Origin: a virus
Taxonomy: Duplodnaviria > Caudoviricetes
DNA length: 53,594 nt
Strand: one strand, 5' to 3'
Virus record (IMG/VR): IMGVR_UViG_3300044617_000068
Coordinates: 1-53,594 of that record
Part shown: one piece after another, positions 9,537 to 20,674 of the stretch
How the letters are laid out: every line of letters begins with the position of its first letter
Numbering within the stretch: position 1 is the first letter of the stretch
The notes under the pieces: model-generated
Database searches by the model: none
Seen by the model: the letters and a program-made list of their open reading frames with translations, nothing else
What the model was told of the DNA's origin: nothing
Translations under genes and position numbers: made by a program

Positions 9537-9923
9537 TTACTGTTTGTCGAAAGTCAATTCGATTGTACCACCTTGCTCAAATTGATTCCAAGCAAGTAAT
9601 TCTTTTCCACCATTGGTAGTTTGTGAAAAAATATTATAATTGGCGTTGGCTGTCATCTTGATAGTTTGTGCGTTAGGATCCATCCAACCACGATCTACCC
9701 ATACACCTGCTGTTGGGCCATAACTTGTACTACCCTGCATAAAATAAACATTTGGCTGTTGCCAGAAGCGTAAAGACACAGTATTATTAGTATCGCCGGT
9801 AGTCCAAGTCCATTCAGTTTGTCCTGGGCGCAAAGTTACCAATAAACCTTCTGGTTGATTGTGTACTACATCTATATTGTAATCTGTGTTATTGTTAATT
9901 TTTAGTGTGGCTGTCCAACTCAT
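9537..9923 (-). CDS. Hypothetical beta-rich protein
   Basis: 128 aa, W/T/N-rich; AGGAG SD and TAAATA box at 9942-9947. Confidence 0.7.
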   Translation of the reverse strand: MSWTATLKINNNTDYNIDVVHNQPEGLLVTLRPGQTEWTWTTGDTNNTVSLRFWQQPNVYFMQGSTSYGPTAGVWVDRGWMDPNAQTIKMTANANYNIFSQTTNGGKELLAWNQFEQGGTIELTFDKQ

Positions 9924-9952
9924 TGTGATTCTCCTGTACTCTATTTACAATG

Positions 9953-10876
9953 TCAAGAAGTGATTTCGATTAAAGTAGCAGCCAGACAAATCTCGGGGAT
10001 TCCTACAAGTGGAAGATTGGCTAGACCATTACGAATGTGAATGATCGCTGTATCTTTCGCTTGCGGCGTGTTACCCCAAAGATCAAGATTGTCATACATC
10101 CACTTGTATACATCTTCGACCCTAGTAGGATATGTGCTGATGTACTCCATCAATACTTGTCTACCATTCGATACATCTCCACTCTTGAAATGTTCAACTG
10201 CTTTAAGCAAAAGTGCGTCTTCGCTACTTGCTTCATTGCTAGGACGAGTCAACGAGCCTGTGATGCTATTAGCCTGCAATTGATTCAAGCATTTGCGCAA
10301 ATCGGGATATGTAGCACGAACATAGAGATCCAACACTTCGAGGTCGAACTCAATATTCTCAGTAACAAGTACCGTCGCGGCTCTTGCTGTGAATTCAGTC
10401 ATATCAGTCTTAGCGATATGGAACTCATGGCATCGTGACTTTAGTGCAGGAATGATCTTGTGACGATAGTTACAAGTGAGGATATAGCGCACTGTCATGT
10501 GATACGCTTCCATATCATTTCTCAAGGCGGCTTGCGCCGGAGGTGTTAAGTAGTCCGCTTCGTCTAACAGCACTACCTTGAACTTGCCGAAAGGCATAGT
10601 CTGCACAAAACTGTTGATCTTCTCTCTGAGCATATCGATACCATTCTCACGGCTTGCGTTGATCTCAAGCACATCAAAATCTTCGATATTCAATTCGTTG
10701 ATCAATACTTTAGCAAGAGTGGTCTTACCTGTACCAGGATCACCACTCAGCAATAAATGCGGGATACTTTCTTCTTTGATCCAGTGTTGTACTGTCTGTC
10801 GTTGATTATTATCGACAAACACATATTCTTCGACCTTACTAGGTCTATATGCTTCTACCCAAAGTTTGTTTTTCAT
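9953..10876 (-). CDS. gp44: Sliding-clamp loader AAA+ subunit (RFC small subunit / T4 gp44-like)
   Basis: LWVEAYRP, GDPGTGKTT, EINAS, LLDEADYL, LKSRC, PDLRKCLN. Confidence 0.9.
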   Translation of the reverse strand: MKNKLWVEAYRPSKVEEYVFVDNNQRQTVQHWIKEESIPHLLLSGDPGTGKTTLAKVLINELNIEDFDVLEINASRENGIDMLREKINSFVQTMPFGKFKVVLLDEADYLTPPAQAALRNDMEAYHMTVRYILTCNYRHKIIPALKSRCHEFHIAKTDMTEFTARAATVLVTENIEFDLEVLDLYVRATYPDLRKCLNQLQANSITGSLTRPSNEASSEDALLLKAVEHFKSGDVSNGRQVLMEYISTYPTRVEDVYKWMYDNLDLWGNTPQAKDTAIIHIRNGLANLPLVGIPEICLAATLIEITS

Positions 10877-11556
10877 TCTTTTCTATCACCAAAAAGTTGT
10901 AGTAACGATAAGAATATATTAATGAAATTCAAGTATAATGTCAATGCACCCTGGACTTCCTCGACATGATCGCTACTAGAACTGGTAACAATCTCTCTGA
11001 TACGCTGTGTATCATATGCGGTCAAGCCCAAGAAAATAACGATAGCCAAAGCACTGATAACCATCTGAAACACTGTGCTACCCACAAAGATGTTGATTAT
11101 ACTAGCAATTATGATAGCGATCAGTCCCACGAACATAAATTGTCCAATGCTCGTCAAGTCTTTCTTTGTGAAATACCCATAGAAACTCATAGTGCCGAAA
11201 AGCACAGCCGCCCCCATGAATGCGCTCACGATGCTACCCATCTGATATACAGCAAATATAGTGGCGAAACTCAAGCCCATCAATGCCGCAAATCCATGCA
11301 ATAATAGCTGTGCCATTCCTGCACTAGGTCTAGCGTTCAATACGATTGTGACTGCGAATACCGCCGCTAATGGGGCAAAGATCACGATCCACTTAATGAA
11401 CCCTGTAAAAAAGAATTGTAGCAGTTCTGGGCTTGTTCCAACCAAATAACTTACGATCATAGATGTAAGCACGGCTAAGCCCATGTGCTGATAAACTTTT
11501 GCCATAGCGAGGTTTATCTCGCTAGCACTTTTATATGGATGAGATATTGTATACAT
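10873..11556 (-). CDS. Bax inhibitor-1/YccA family membrane protein
   Basis: About 7 TM helices, TKKDLT, LTAYDTQRI, ALTLYLNFINIFLSLLQLFG. Confidence 0.9.
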   Translation of the reverse strand: MYTISHPYKSASEINLAMAKVYQHMGLAVLTSMIVSYLVGTSPELLQFFFTGFIKWIVIFAPLAAVFAVTIVLNARPSAGMAQLLLHGFAALMGLSFATIFAVYQMGSIVSAFMGAAVLFGTMSFYGYFTKKDLTSIGQFMFVGLIAIIIASIINIFVGSTVFQMVISALAIVIFLGLTAYDTQRIREIVTSSSSDHVEEVQGALTLYLNFINIFLSLLQLFGDRKE

Positions 11557-11559
11557 ATA

Positions 11560-11913
11560 TTATTCCTTATCACTCATTGTATAGTCATCGACCTTTTCAT
11601 CACTTACCAACAACACATCATTCGGGTCAACTTTACGAATGATCTGTTCTCCCTCAGTATCCTCGATCTTGATACCGCGAGTCCATCTACCATGAGCGAT
11701 CATGATATACTGTCCTACCTTCACATCTTTCTGTTCAGGACCAACAGCATATACCTTGCCCCATCGTGGTCTAATGCCTACACTCTTAGTGTCATCGTTA
11801 CGGAGTATGATGCCACCTTGACTCAATCTTTCTCCGAAATACATCTCTGACACTATGATCGTGTCATTGAGTGGTTTCAAACTGTTTACTTTATATGCAT
11901 TGATATTTGCCAT
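11560..11913 (-). CDS. groES: GroES-like co-chaperonin
   Basis: LKPLNDTIIV, SQGGIIL, GKVYAVGP, DVKVG. Confidence 0.82.
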   Translation of the reverse strand: MANINAYKVNSLKPLNDTIIVSEMYFGERLSQGGIILRNDDTKSVGIRPRWGKVYAVGPEQKDVKVGQYIMIAHGRWTRGIKIEDTEGEQIIRKVDPNDVLLVSDEKVDDYTMSDKE

Positions 11914-11914
11914 A

Positions 11915-12271
11915 TTATTTCTTAGTTTCCTTTGCTTTGATCTTTTCTACTTCTAAATCATCTAATGTAAATGAATCTAATTCTACTTCTTCTTTGGTCA
12001 ATGCTGGATGTGCGTTAGTAGCAGGTTGTGTATTAACAGGAGTCGTAGCAGGCTGCTTATTTTTTTGAGGCTGCGCGGATCTGTTGCCTACTGTAGCCTG
12101 ATATTGTTGTCCTACTTTTTGTGTCACTGGTACAACGACCTTGCCACTACTATCGATGGTATCACCTCTAGCATTGGCTTTCATGTTTCCTACAGCGCGG
12201 ACACGCTCATTTTTGGCTGCTAATGCTGCCATATCTACTACTTTACCCTGTGCTGAACGATATTGTTTCAT
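11915..12271 (-). CDS. Hypothetical protein
   Basis: 118-aa ORF with GAGGAG SD. Confidence 0.7.
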   Translation of the reverse strand: MKQYRSAQGKVVDMAALAAKNERVRAVGNMKANARGDTIDSSGKVVVPVTQKVGQQYQATVGNRSAQPQKNKQPATTPVNTQPATNAHPALTKEEVELDSFTLDDLEVEKIKAKETKK

Positions 12272-12281
12272 TTTTAACTCC

Positions 12282-12788
12282 TCACTTTATAAATTCGTCA
12301 ATAGACAAATCATAATAAAGACTATTTATTTTGTGGATGCCTATCAAATACAAAACGAAACTGCTTACACTTGATCCACGACCCACGCCCCAAACTATGT
12401 TATTTGTTCGCATGACATCAACGAGGTATTTCATATAGCGCAATAGATCAAACATATCACGCTCTTGGAACAATAATAACTCTTCACCTACCCGTTGTAG
12501 TTCTTCTTCTGTTTTACATAGATCAAGTACATATTTGGCTATGTCTAGTTCTTTGTATTCAGATGGCATATGCCAATTATTTTGATTGGCAATATCAAAA
12601 CTTTCTACAGATAGATTGGGTTCTATATACCCTACGATATCAGGCTTGTTTGATATATCCAAATTGTCAGAAAAATGTATACTAGTTTCTGACAAGACAC
12701 GGTTCAAGGCCTTTTCAGGATCGTTTAGGTAGATGTTGCAGAGATCATCTTCGCTAAGTATTACTTGACCATATATATCAGTACGCAT
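12282..12788 (-). CDS. dnaE: Stand-alone fragment of DNA polymerase III alpha (DnaE)
   Basis: RVGEEL...YMKYLVDVMR...WGVGRGSSVSSFVLYLIGIHKIN...YDL matches the DnaE GRGS region; ends before the PDxDxD motif. Start set at MRTDIYG, 6 nt after a -10 box. Confidence 0.78.
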   Translation of the reverse strand: MRTDIYGQVILSEDDLCNIYLNDPEKALNRVLSETSIHFSDNLDISNKPDIVGYIEPNLSVESFDIANQNNWHMPSEYKELDIAKYVLDLCKTEEELQRVGEELLLFQERDMFDLLRYMKYLVDVMRTNNIVWGVGRGSSVSSFVLYLIGIHKINSLYYDLSIDEFIK

Positions 12789-12794
12789 CGTATC

Positions 12795-12823
12795 ATGATA
12801 TACTAAGTTTCTTCCCAAGTCAA
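12795..12823 (-). promoter_or_regulatory. sigma70-like promoter
   Basis: TTGACT-17 nt-TATCAT, 6 nt before the ATG at 12788. Confidence 0.7.
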
Positions 12824-13351
12824 TCCTAAGTCTTCCCAACTATCAAACTTATGGTCAAATAAGTTGACGATCTTATCCTTTTTACTGAACTTGTCAGCCA
12901 TTACGAGGGTGGGTTCGTTGTACCAATGTTTACCATCAAATTCTAATTTGGCTACTTCATGATATAATTCAAATTTAATGAGGTTGCTTAGTTTGCTACC
13001 AAACAATATCTCATTCATCACTATCTTGCCTTCCATGATAGCATTGCACTTATTCAATAATATCATGCCTATGATCTGATCATATGGTTCTTCTGGGATA
13101 GTGCAGACTTTGATGCCTGCATTGTTGTATTTGTTTATTGCTTCTTTTTCTTCTATAGAGATGAACATGCAATCTTCTACTACTGATCCTAGAAAATGAG
13201 TTACGCGCTCTACTGCTATATTCTGTTCTCTAGTATCTTCTGTATAGATTTCCATCTTGGTATCCATCTCATACAAATTGACCATGAACTTTTCGTCAAA
13301 ATGTATGGCTGATAGGAAAGTGAAACTTTTTTGTATTCTGCTGTGAGACAT
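12803..13351 (-). CDS. Hypothetical protein
   Basis: Start moved to MSHSRIQ; TAAATA box 5 nt upstream. Confidence 0.65.
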   Translation of the reverse strand: MSHSRIQKSFTFLSAIHFDEKFMVNLYEMDTKMEIYTEDTREQNIAVERVTHFLGSVVEDCMFISIEEKEAINKYNNAGIKVCTIPEEPYDQIIGMILLNKCNAIMEGKIVMNEILFGSKLSNLIKFELYHEVAKLEFDGKHWYNEPTLVMADKFSKKDKIVNLFDHKFDSWEDLGLTWEET

Positions 13352-13355
13352 AGAG

Positions 13356-13583
13356 TTATTTACTAATCCTAACTTGCCCCTCAATGTTTTGTTTCTTGAT
13401 CATACTATCGATCTTTTTTTGGTACTCTTTCTTATAACTCTCAATGACCATATTGATTTGCTGAGTTAATGGTTGATTACCTGTGCGTTGCGCAAAAGTC
13501 AACTTAGTGTAAAGGCCTGATAATGTCTCTTGTAATTGATCGATTGACTTATCAGAAAGATCGGTTATGAACGGGTGTTCCAT
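13356..13583 (-). CDS. Small hypothetical coiled-coil protein
   Basis: 75-aa ORF, MEHPFI.... Confidence 0.65.
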   Translation of the reverse strand: MEHPFITDLSDKSIDQLQETLSGLYTKLTFAQRTGNQPLTQQINMVIESYKKEYQKKIDSMIKKQNIEGQVRISK

Positions 13584-13586
13584 TTA

Positions 13587-14909
13587 TTACCAAGATGATA
13601 GGGCTACTCGTTTCCAGATATCAGTGCCTGCGTAGAATGTTGCATCCATATAAGTGTTAGGAGTACTTACATTTGTTAAGGTTAGTGTGTTACCTGCAAC
13701 ACCTGCATTTCTAGTATCACTCAAAGTAATTTGAGTAGTACCTACGCTTTTCACATAGTAAACTTGACCACTGTTGATATTTCCGATTGAGTTAACTGAA
13801 ACTCCATTAGCAAACATTGTGTCAAATATAACCGGTGTGTTAACACTTGCATATGACAATGCACTGAAGTTCACATTCGATGATAATGTATTTGTAGCAA
13901 ATGTAAGTCCGGTAGTAGTTCCTGCAGTAGTAGTGATCGCACTACCACCCGGTGTAGCAGAAAGTACAAATGTAGTTGTTGTAGGTGACCCTAAAACATA
14001 ATATGTAGTTGGATTAGAATATCCAGTTATAGAACCTGAACCAGATAAAGTACCTGAAACTTGTACAGGTAAGTTCGCATATAAAACTGCGGTATTACAA
14101 CTAAATTGTCCTGCAGTACCGGTGATTTGTACATTAGATAATGTATTTGCTGTAGCAACAGTTATTGCATTTATAGTGTGCGGGTCGCCATTATAACTGT
14201 CTGTACATACATAAAGATAATCTTCATCTACTGCTACAGTACCGGCTACATCACCTAAAAACCCCGTAGGTGCAGGGGTGCGAATCTGAATTTGAGTAGT
14301 CTTGAACGGTCTGTTTGTTGGCTCTACATATAGTGATGTACCGCAATCAGTTGATGTTACTGTCAAATTAATTTGAGTTACATCATAGGGGAAAGTGAGT
14401 GTCGCTAGTCCACCATTCGACCCTGAGTTTTCTAAAAGGCTCCAACCTGAGTTTTGATTTACTTGTGCGTTTCCTGAAAATGTAATTGTATAGTTTGCTG
14501 TGTTATTTGGTCTGCCTAATTGTAGTTTTACTGTGCTTTGTGTGTTGGTTGGAGCCCAACTCCCGAAATTCAATACGACATTACCTGCTAGGTTACCATA
14601 TTGTAAGTCACCTAGGCTGCAATCTACTGTGACGGCATCTACTAATGCATTGCCTAGATTGTATGTAGTGGCGCGAAACTGTAATGTGCTTGCGTTGGCG
14701 ATCAATGTGTTCGCCATGTCATTGTTGAGTACTGTATTTGCTAATGCAGACTTAAGGACTACTTTGTTCTGTAAGTCTGTGATCTCACTTCCTGCTGTGT
14801 TCAAGTTTGTCTTTATGGCAGTGAAGTTGTCACGGAATCCCTGAGTGCTGTTATTCTGCCCAGGAATTGGATAATTGACATCTATACCGTTTGTGTTAAT
14901 CGTACTCAT
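13587..14909 (-). CDS. Virion structural protein (fibre or baseplate appendage)
   Basis: N-terminus NYPIPGQNNSTQGFRDNF..IK is typical of baseplate-attachment segments; T/N/G-rich; ends WKRVALSSW. Confidence 0.65.
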   Translation of the reverse strand: MSTINTNGIDVNYPIPGQNNSTQGFRDNFTAIKTNLNTAGSEITDLQNKVVLKSALANTVLNNDMANTLIANASTLQFRATTYNLGNALVDAVTVDCSLGDLQYGNLAGNVVLNFGSWAPTNTQSTVKLQLGRPNNTANYTITFSGNAQVNQNSGWSLLENSGSNGGLATLTFPYDVTQINLTVTSTDCGTSLYVEPTNRPFKTTQIQIRTPAPTGFLGDVAGTVAVDEDYLYVCTDSYNGDPHTINAITVATANTLSNVQITGTAGQFSCNTAVLYANLPVQVSGTLSGSGSITGYSNPTTYYVLGSPTTTTFVLSATPGGSAITTTAGTTTGLTFATNTLSSNVNFSALSYASVNTPVIFDTMFANGVSVNSIGNINSGQVYYVKSVGTTQITLSDTRNAGVAGNTLTLTNVSTPNTYMDATFYAGTDIWKRVALSSW

Positions 14910-14950
14910 ATCTTCTTTGTTTCCCTAAGTATTTATGTAAACTAAAACCG

Positions 14951-17848
14951 TCACAAATTATACTGCGTCTTATCTGGTAAAATAGTGCGTCTAGGAAAGA
15001 GTACATAAAAATCCTTGCTGTCTACAGGATTTGGAACAGGAACTCCGCTAGGATATCTAGTCCAAGTGCTAGGAGTAACTTCTGTAGACAAATCATATGT
15101 CAATTCTTTTCCTACTGTGAATCTGTCGATCTGGAAATTGATTTTGTTCAATGTGTAAGGCCATTGTGTTTCGATATTATGCTTGATTATCTCAGCATAT
15201 GATACAGCGTCATACACTCCAGACATGCTACCAGTCCCGCTTACTATGCTTATATTAGTTCCATATTGCGTGAGGCTGAGTTTTATTTTGTTTGTGGCTG
15301 TGTTGATCTGATTGACATAATATGTCACTCCAGGATTCAAACTTCCTATGCTATCACCACTGAATACTATCTCACCGCCTACTATCAATCCTTCTACAGA
15401 ATCTAATTCTACTTCATTAGTAGCATTAAAAGTCTCAATCGCTGTGACAGTTATGGGTTCTGGAATCTTAGTATATGCTATGACCCAAGAAGGGGTAAAG
15501 CCTAATGTGTTGCCATCAGCCTGTTGACTAGTCATCCATAATGGTAACAATCTAAAATTGAAGTCTACTCCTAAATCTTGTTCAATGCGCTTGCGCATAT
15601 TTTCTAAACTGTTAGGATATAATACTCTAGCATATCCCGGAGTCAAACTTGTATAGAATGTAGGAACGCCCTGTTGCATCAAGATAGGTAGACCAGTCTG
15701 TGTCAACAAATCATATTCAAAATAATTGGTTATTATCTTTGCTTCTTGATTAAAGATATAACTTGTATAGATATCTGTGCTACTTGCATACCAAGGACCG
15801 AGATTTAAATCTATGAATCTAGGCCAGAATATCTCTTCGCTGATGCTTTCGCTGTAACGATAATCGAAATCATAATTAGGATCATATTTCTGTAGATTGT
15901 CGATCACTGTTGAATAGATCACTTCATATAAAGGAGTGCCGTTGTCATCTTTAGCCACTGCTGTTTTTAATTGTCCTAAAATTATGTTTCGCCAATAATG
16001 ATTTTTCTTGACAGCCTCGAGGTACTTTTCTATATCGCTTGAATATATTCCATATGCATGAGCATATATTATGCTAGTGGCTTTACCATAATTATTATCA
16101 TCTGGTCTATAGATATAACTATTTGGTATCAATGTTGTATTATCTAACAAAGTAGCAAGTATCTCTCTGTCGGGTATGCTTGGCGTGCATTTAATATATA
16201 GATTGTCAGTAGGTATATCATATTCCTGTATGACAGTCAAAGTAAATGTTCTCTCGCTTGATATCAAAGGTTGTAAACTATCATCTAAAATATCAGGATT
16301 GTATGCTTTGATGGTAAAAGTCCAAGTAGATGTTTCATTCTTATCTTGATAATTAGTTGTAGGTTGATATGAAACTATTCCATCTATAGCGCCGGTCACT
16401 GTGTTGAAAGTAAGATTAGGCGGTAGTTCACCGGTAATTTTCTCGTAAACTAAATTAACATCAGATATCGCTGATATCTGTTTGTTACTTTCTGTAGCAT
16501 TAAATATCGATCCTAAATCATTATCAGTTAACCAAGTAATCTCTCCGTCGATATTATTTGCGACACGGAAACTAAATCTAAATGTTAAACTACCGAAACT
16601 TAAACTTACTGTTTTTATAACTTGTACCGTAAATTCAAATTCTTCAATAGTATTGAGAGGTACAGTAGGGGTACCATATATCCATCCTGTAGAACTGTTT
16701 CCAGTAAATCCAGCTGGCAATTCATTGAAGATGTAAGTCAATTCTTGTTGATCAAAGTCATAACCTAATATCTTGAATGCAAAAAAGTTTCCTGATAAGA
16801 ATTGTCCAATATATGCTTTGCTGCCTGGCGTATAGGTAGTTCCCGGTACAACAACATCACTATCAGGTGGCAACACATAATATCTGTAATCAGGTAGTGG
16901 TTCTATGTCGAATGTCTGTGGTCTTGTATTGAAGATCACGGGATTTCTAGTGTTAGGTGGTTTACCTTGACCGCCTTGATCTATCGGTAATTGTTGATTG
17001 GTAACTGTGATGTTATATTGAGAAAGATCACTACCTAATGGACTGCTTAATATCAATGTAAAATTATATTGGCGTTTAGCAGGTTGTCCTTCTGTTACTG
17101 CTGGTAAGGTAATATCCATGAATCCAGTATCAGAATTTACTAATAGGGTGTCGCCACCTGGTATAGCACTAATCGTGATTTGTGTTGAGTTTACTATTTC
17201 TTTTATGTAATAAACCGTTCCTGCTACTAAACCACCTATTACTGTTCCTGAAAACACTATAGGTCTATTGATTGAGAATTCTGTAGTTCCTGTAGTTGTT
17301 ATAGTGTTAGTAGATAAATCAGTCGATGTTGCTATACTAGTCACTTCGGGTAAGTTCACAATATCTACAGGAGGTTCTGGATATCCTCTGATCAAACCAA
17401 ACTCATTTATCTCAAGACCGGGAGGCAAACTACCCTGCAATACACGAATGTTAACAGGATTAGTTGATAAAGGGTTGCTATATTCTATAGCCTGTTCTAC
17501 CCATAGACTATCAAATGTTTCTAAGATAGGTCCTTCAGGAGTGATGAATGTAGGTACTAATGCACCTGACACCTGTATGCTAAATGTTCTGTCAGCAAAA
17601 TTACCTAAGTTGTCCGTCACTCTAACAACGAAAGTGCTAGTAGTATTTGCTGATTCTACTGCCGGTGCACCTGTCACCAATCCGGCTGGCAAAAAAGTCA
17701 TGCCTGCAGGAACAGATCCGCTTATTAATTGATATGATACCGCTACGGCCGGGGAAACCGGCTCTGCTGTAATAGCGATATTTCTGTTTACTGATACTGG
17801 CGCTACGCCTAGTAATCCTGCAGGTGTTATCCAAATAGGAGCACTCAT
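14951..17848 (-). CDS. Large structural protein with putative Ig (He_PIG-like) repeats, probably baseplate-associated
   Basis: Repeated GSLPPGL..G.I.G.P and F.V...D...RTF.I.V motifs. Confidence 0.7.
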   Translation of the reverse strand: MSAPIWITPAGLLGVAPVSVNRNIAITAEPVSPAVAVSYQLISGSVPAGMTFLPAGLVTGAPAVESANTTSTFVVRVTDNLGNFADRTFSIQVSGALVPTFITPEGPILETFDSLWVEQAIEYSNPLSTNPVNIRVLQGSLPPGLEINEFGLIRGYPEPPVDIVNLPEVTSIATSTDLSTNTITTTGTTEFSINRPIVFSGTVIGGLVAGTVYYIKEIVNSTQITISAIPGGDTLLVNSDTGFMDITLPAVTEGQPAKRQYNFTLILSSPLGSDLSQYNITVTNQQLPIDQGGQGKPPNTRNPVIFNTRPQTFDIEPLPDYRYYVLPPDSDVVVPGTTYTPGSKAYIGQFLSGNFFAFKILGYDFDQQELTYIFNELPAGFTGNSSTGWIYGTPTVPLNTIEEFEFTVQVIKTVSLSFGSLTFRFSFRVANNIDGEITWLTDNDLGSIFNATESNKQISAISDVNLVYEKITGELPPNLTFNTVTGAIDGIVSYQPTTNYQDKNETSTWTFTIKAYNPDILDDSLQPLISSERTFTLTVIQEYDIPTDNLYIKCTPSIPDREILATLLDNTTLIPNSYIYRPDDNNYGKATSIIYAHAYGIYSSDIEKYLEAVKKNHYWRNIILGQLKTAVAKDDNGTPLYEVIYSTVIDNLQKYDPNYDFDYRYSESISEEIFWPRFIDLNLGPWYASSTDIYTSYIFNQEAKIITNYFEYDLLTQTGLPILMQQGVPTFYTSLTPGYARVLYPNSLENMRKRIEQDLGVDFNFRLLPLWMTSQQADGNTLGFTPSWVIAYTKIPEPITVTAIETFNATNEVELDSVEGLIVGGEIVFSGDSIGSLNPGVTYYVNQINTATNKIKLSLTQYGTNISIVSGTGSMSGVYDAVSYAEIIKHNIETQWPYTLNKINFQIDRFTVGKELTYDLSTEVTPSTWTRYPSGVPVPNPVDSKDFYVLFPRRTILPDKTQYNL

Positions 17849-17859
17849 ATGTTACCCCC

Positions 17860-20640
<2,781 letters not shown>

Positions 20641-20674
20641 ATTTTATATTTATGTACCTTTTGTGTCCTGATTT

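Noticed and set aside
9921-9952. CATTGT/ACAATG pairing over the ATG and TAAATA box of 9537..9923 (similar weak pairing near 52145-52178)
   Set aside because: Only about 6 bp with a long loop; the geometry fits the switch model but is too weak to separate from chance.
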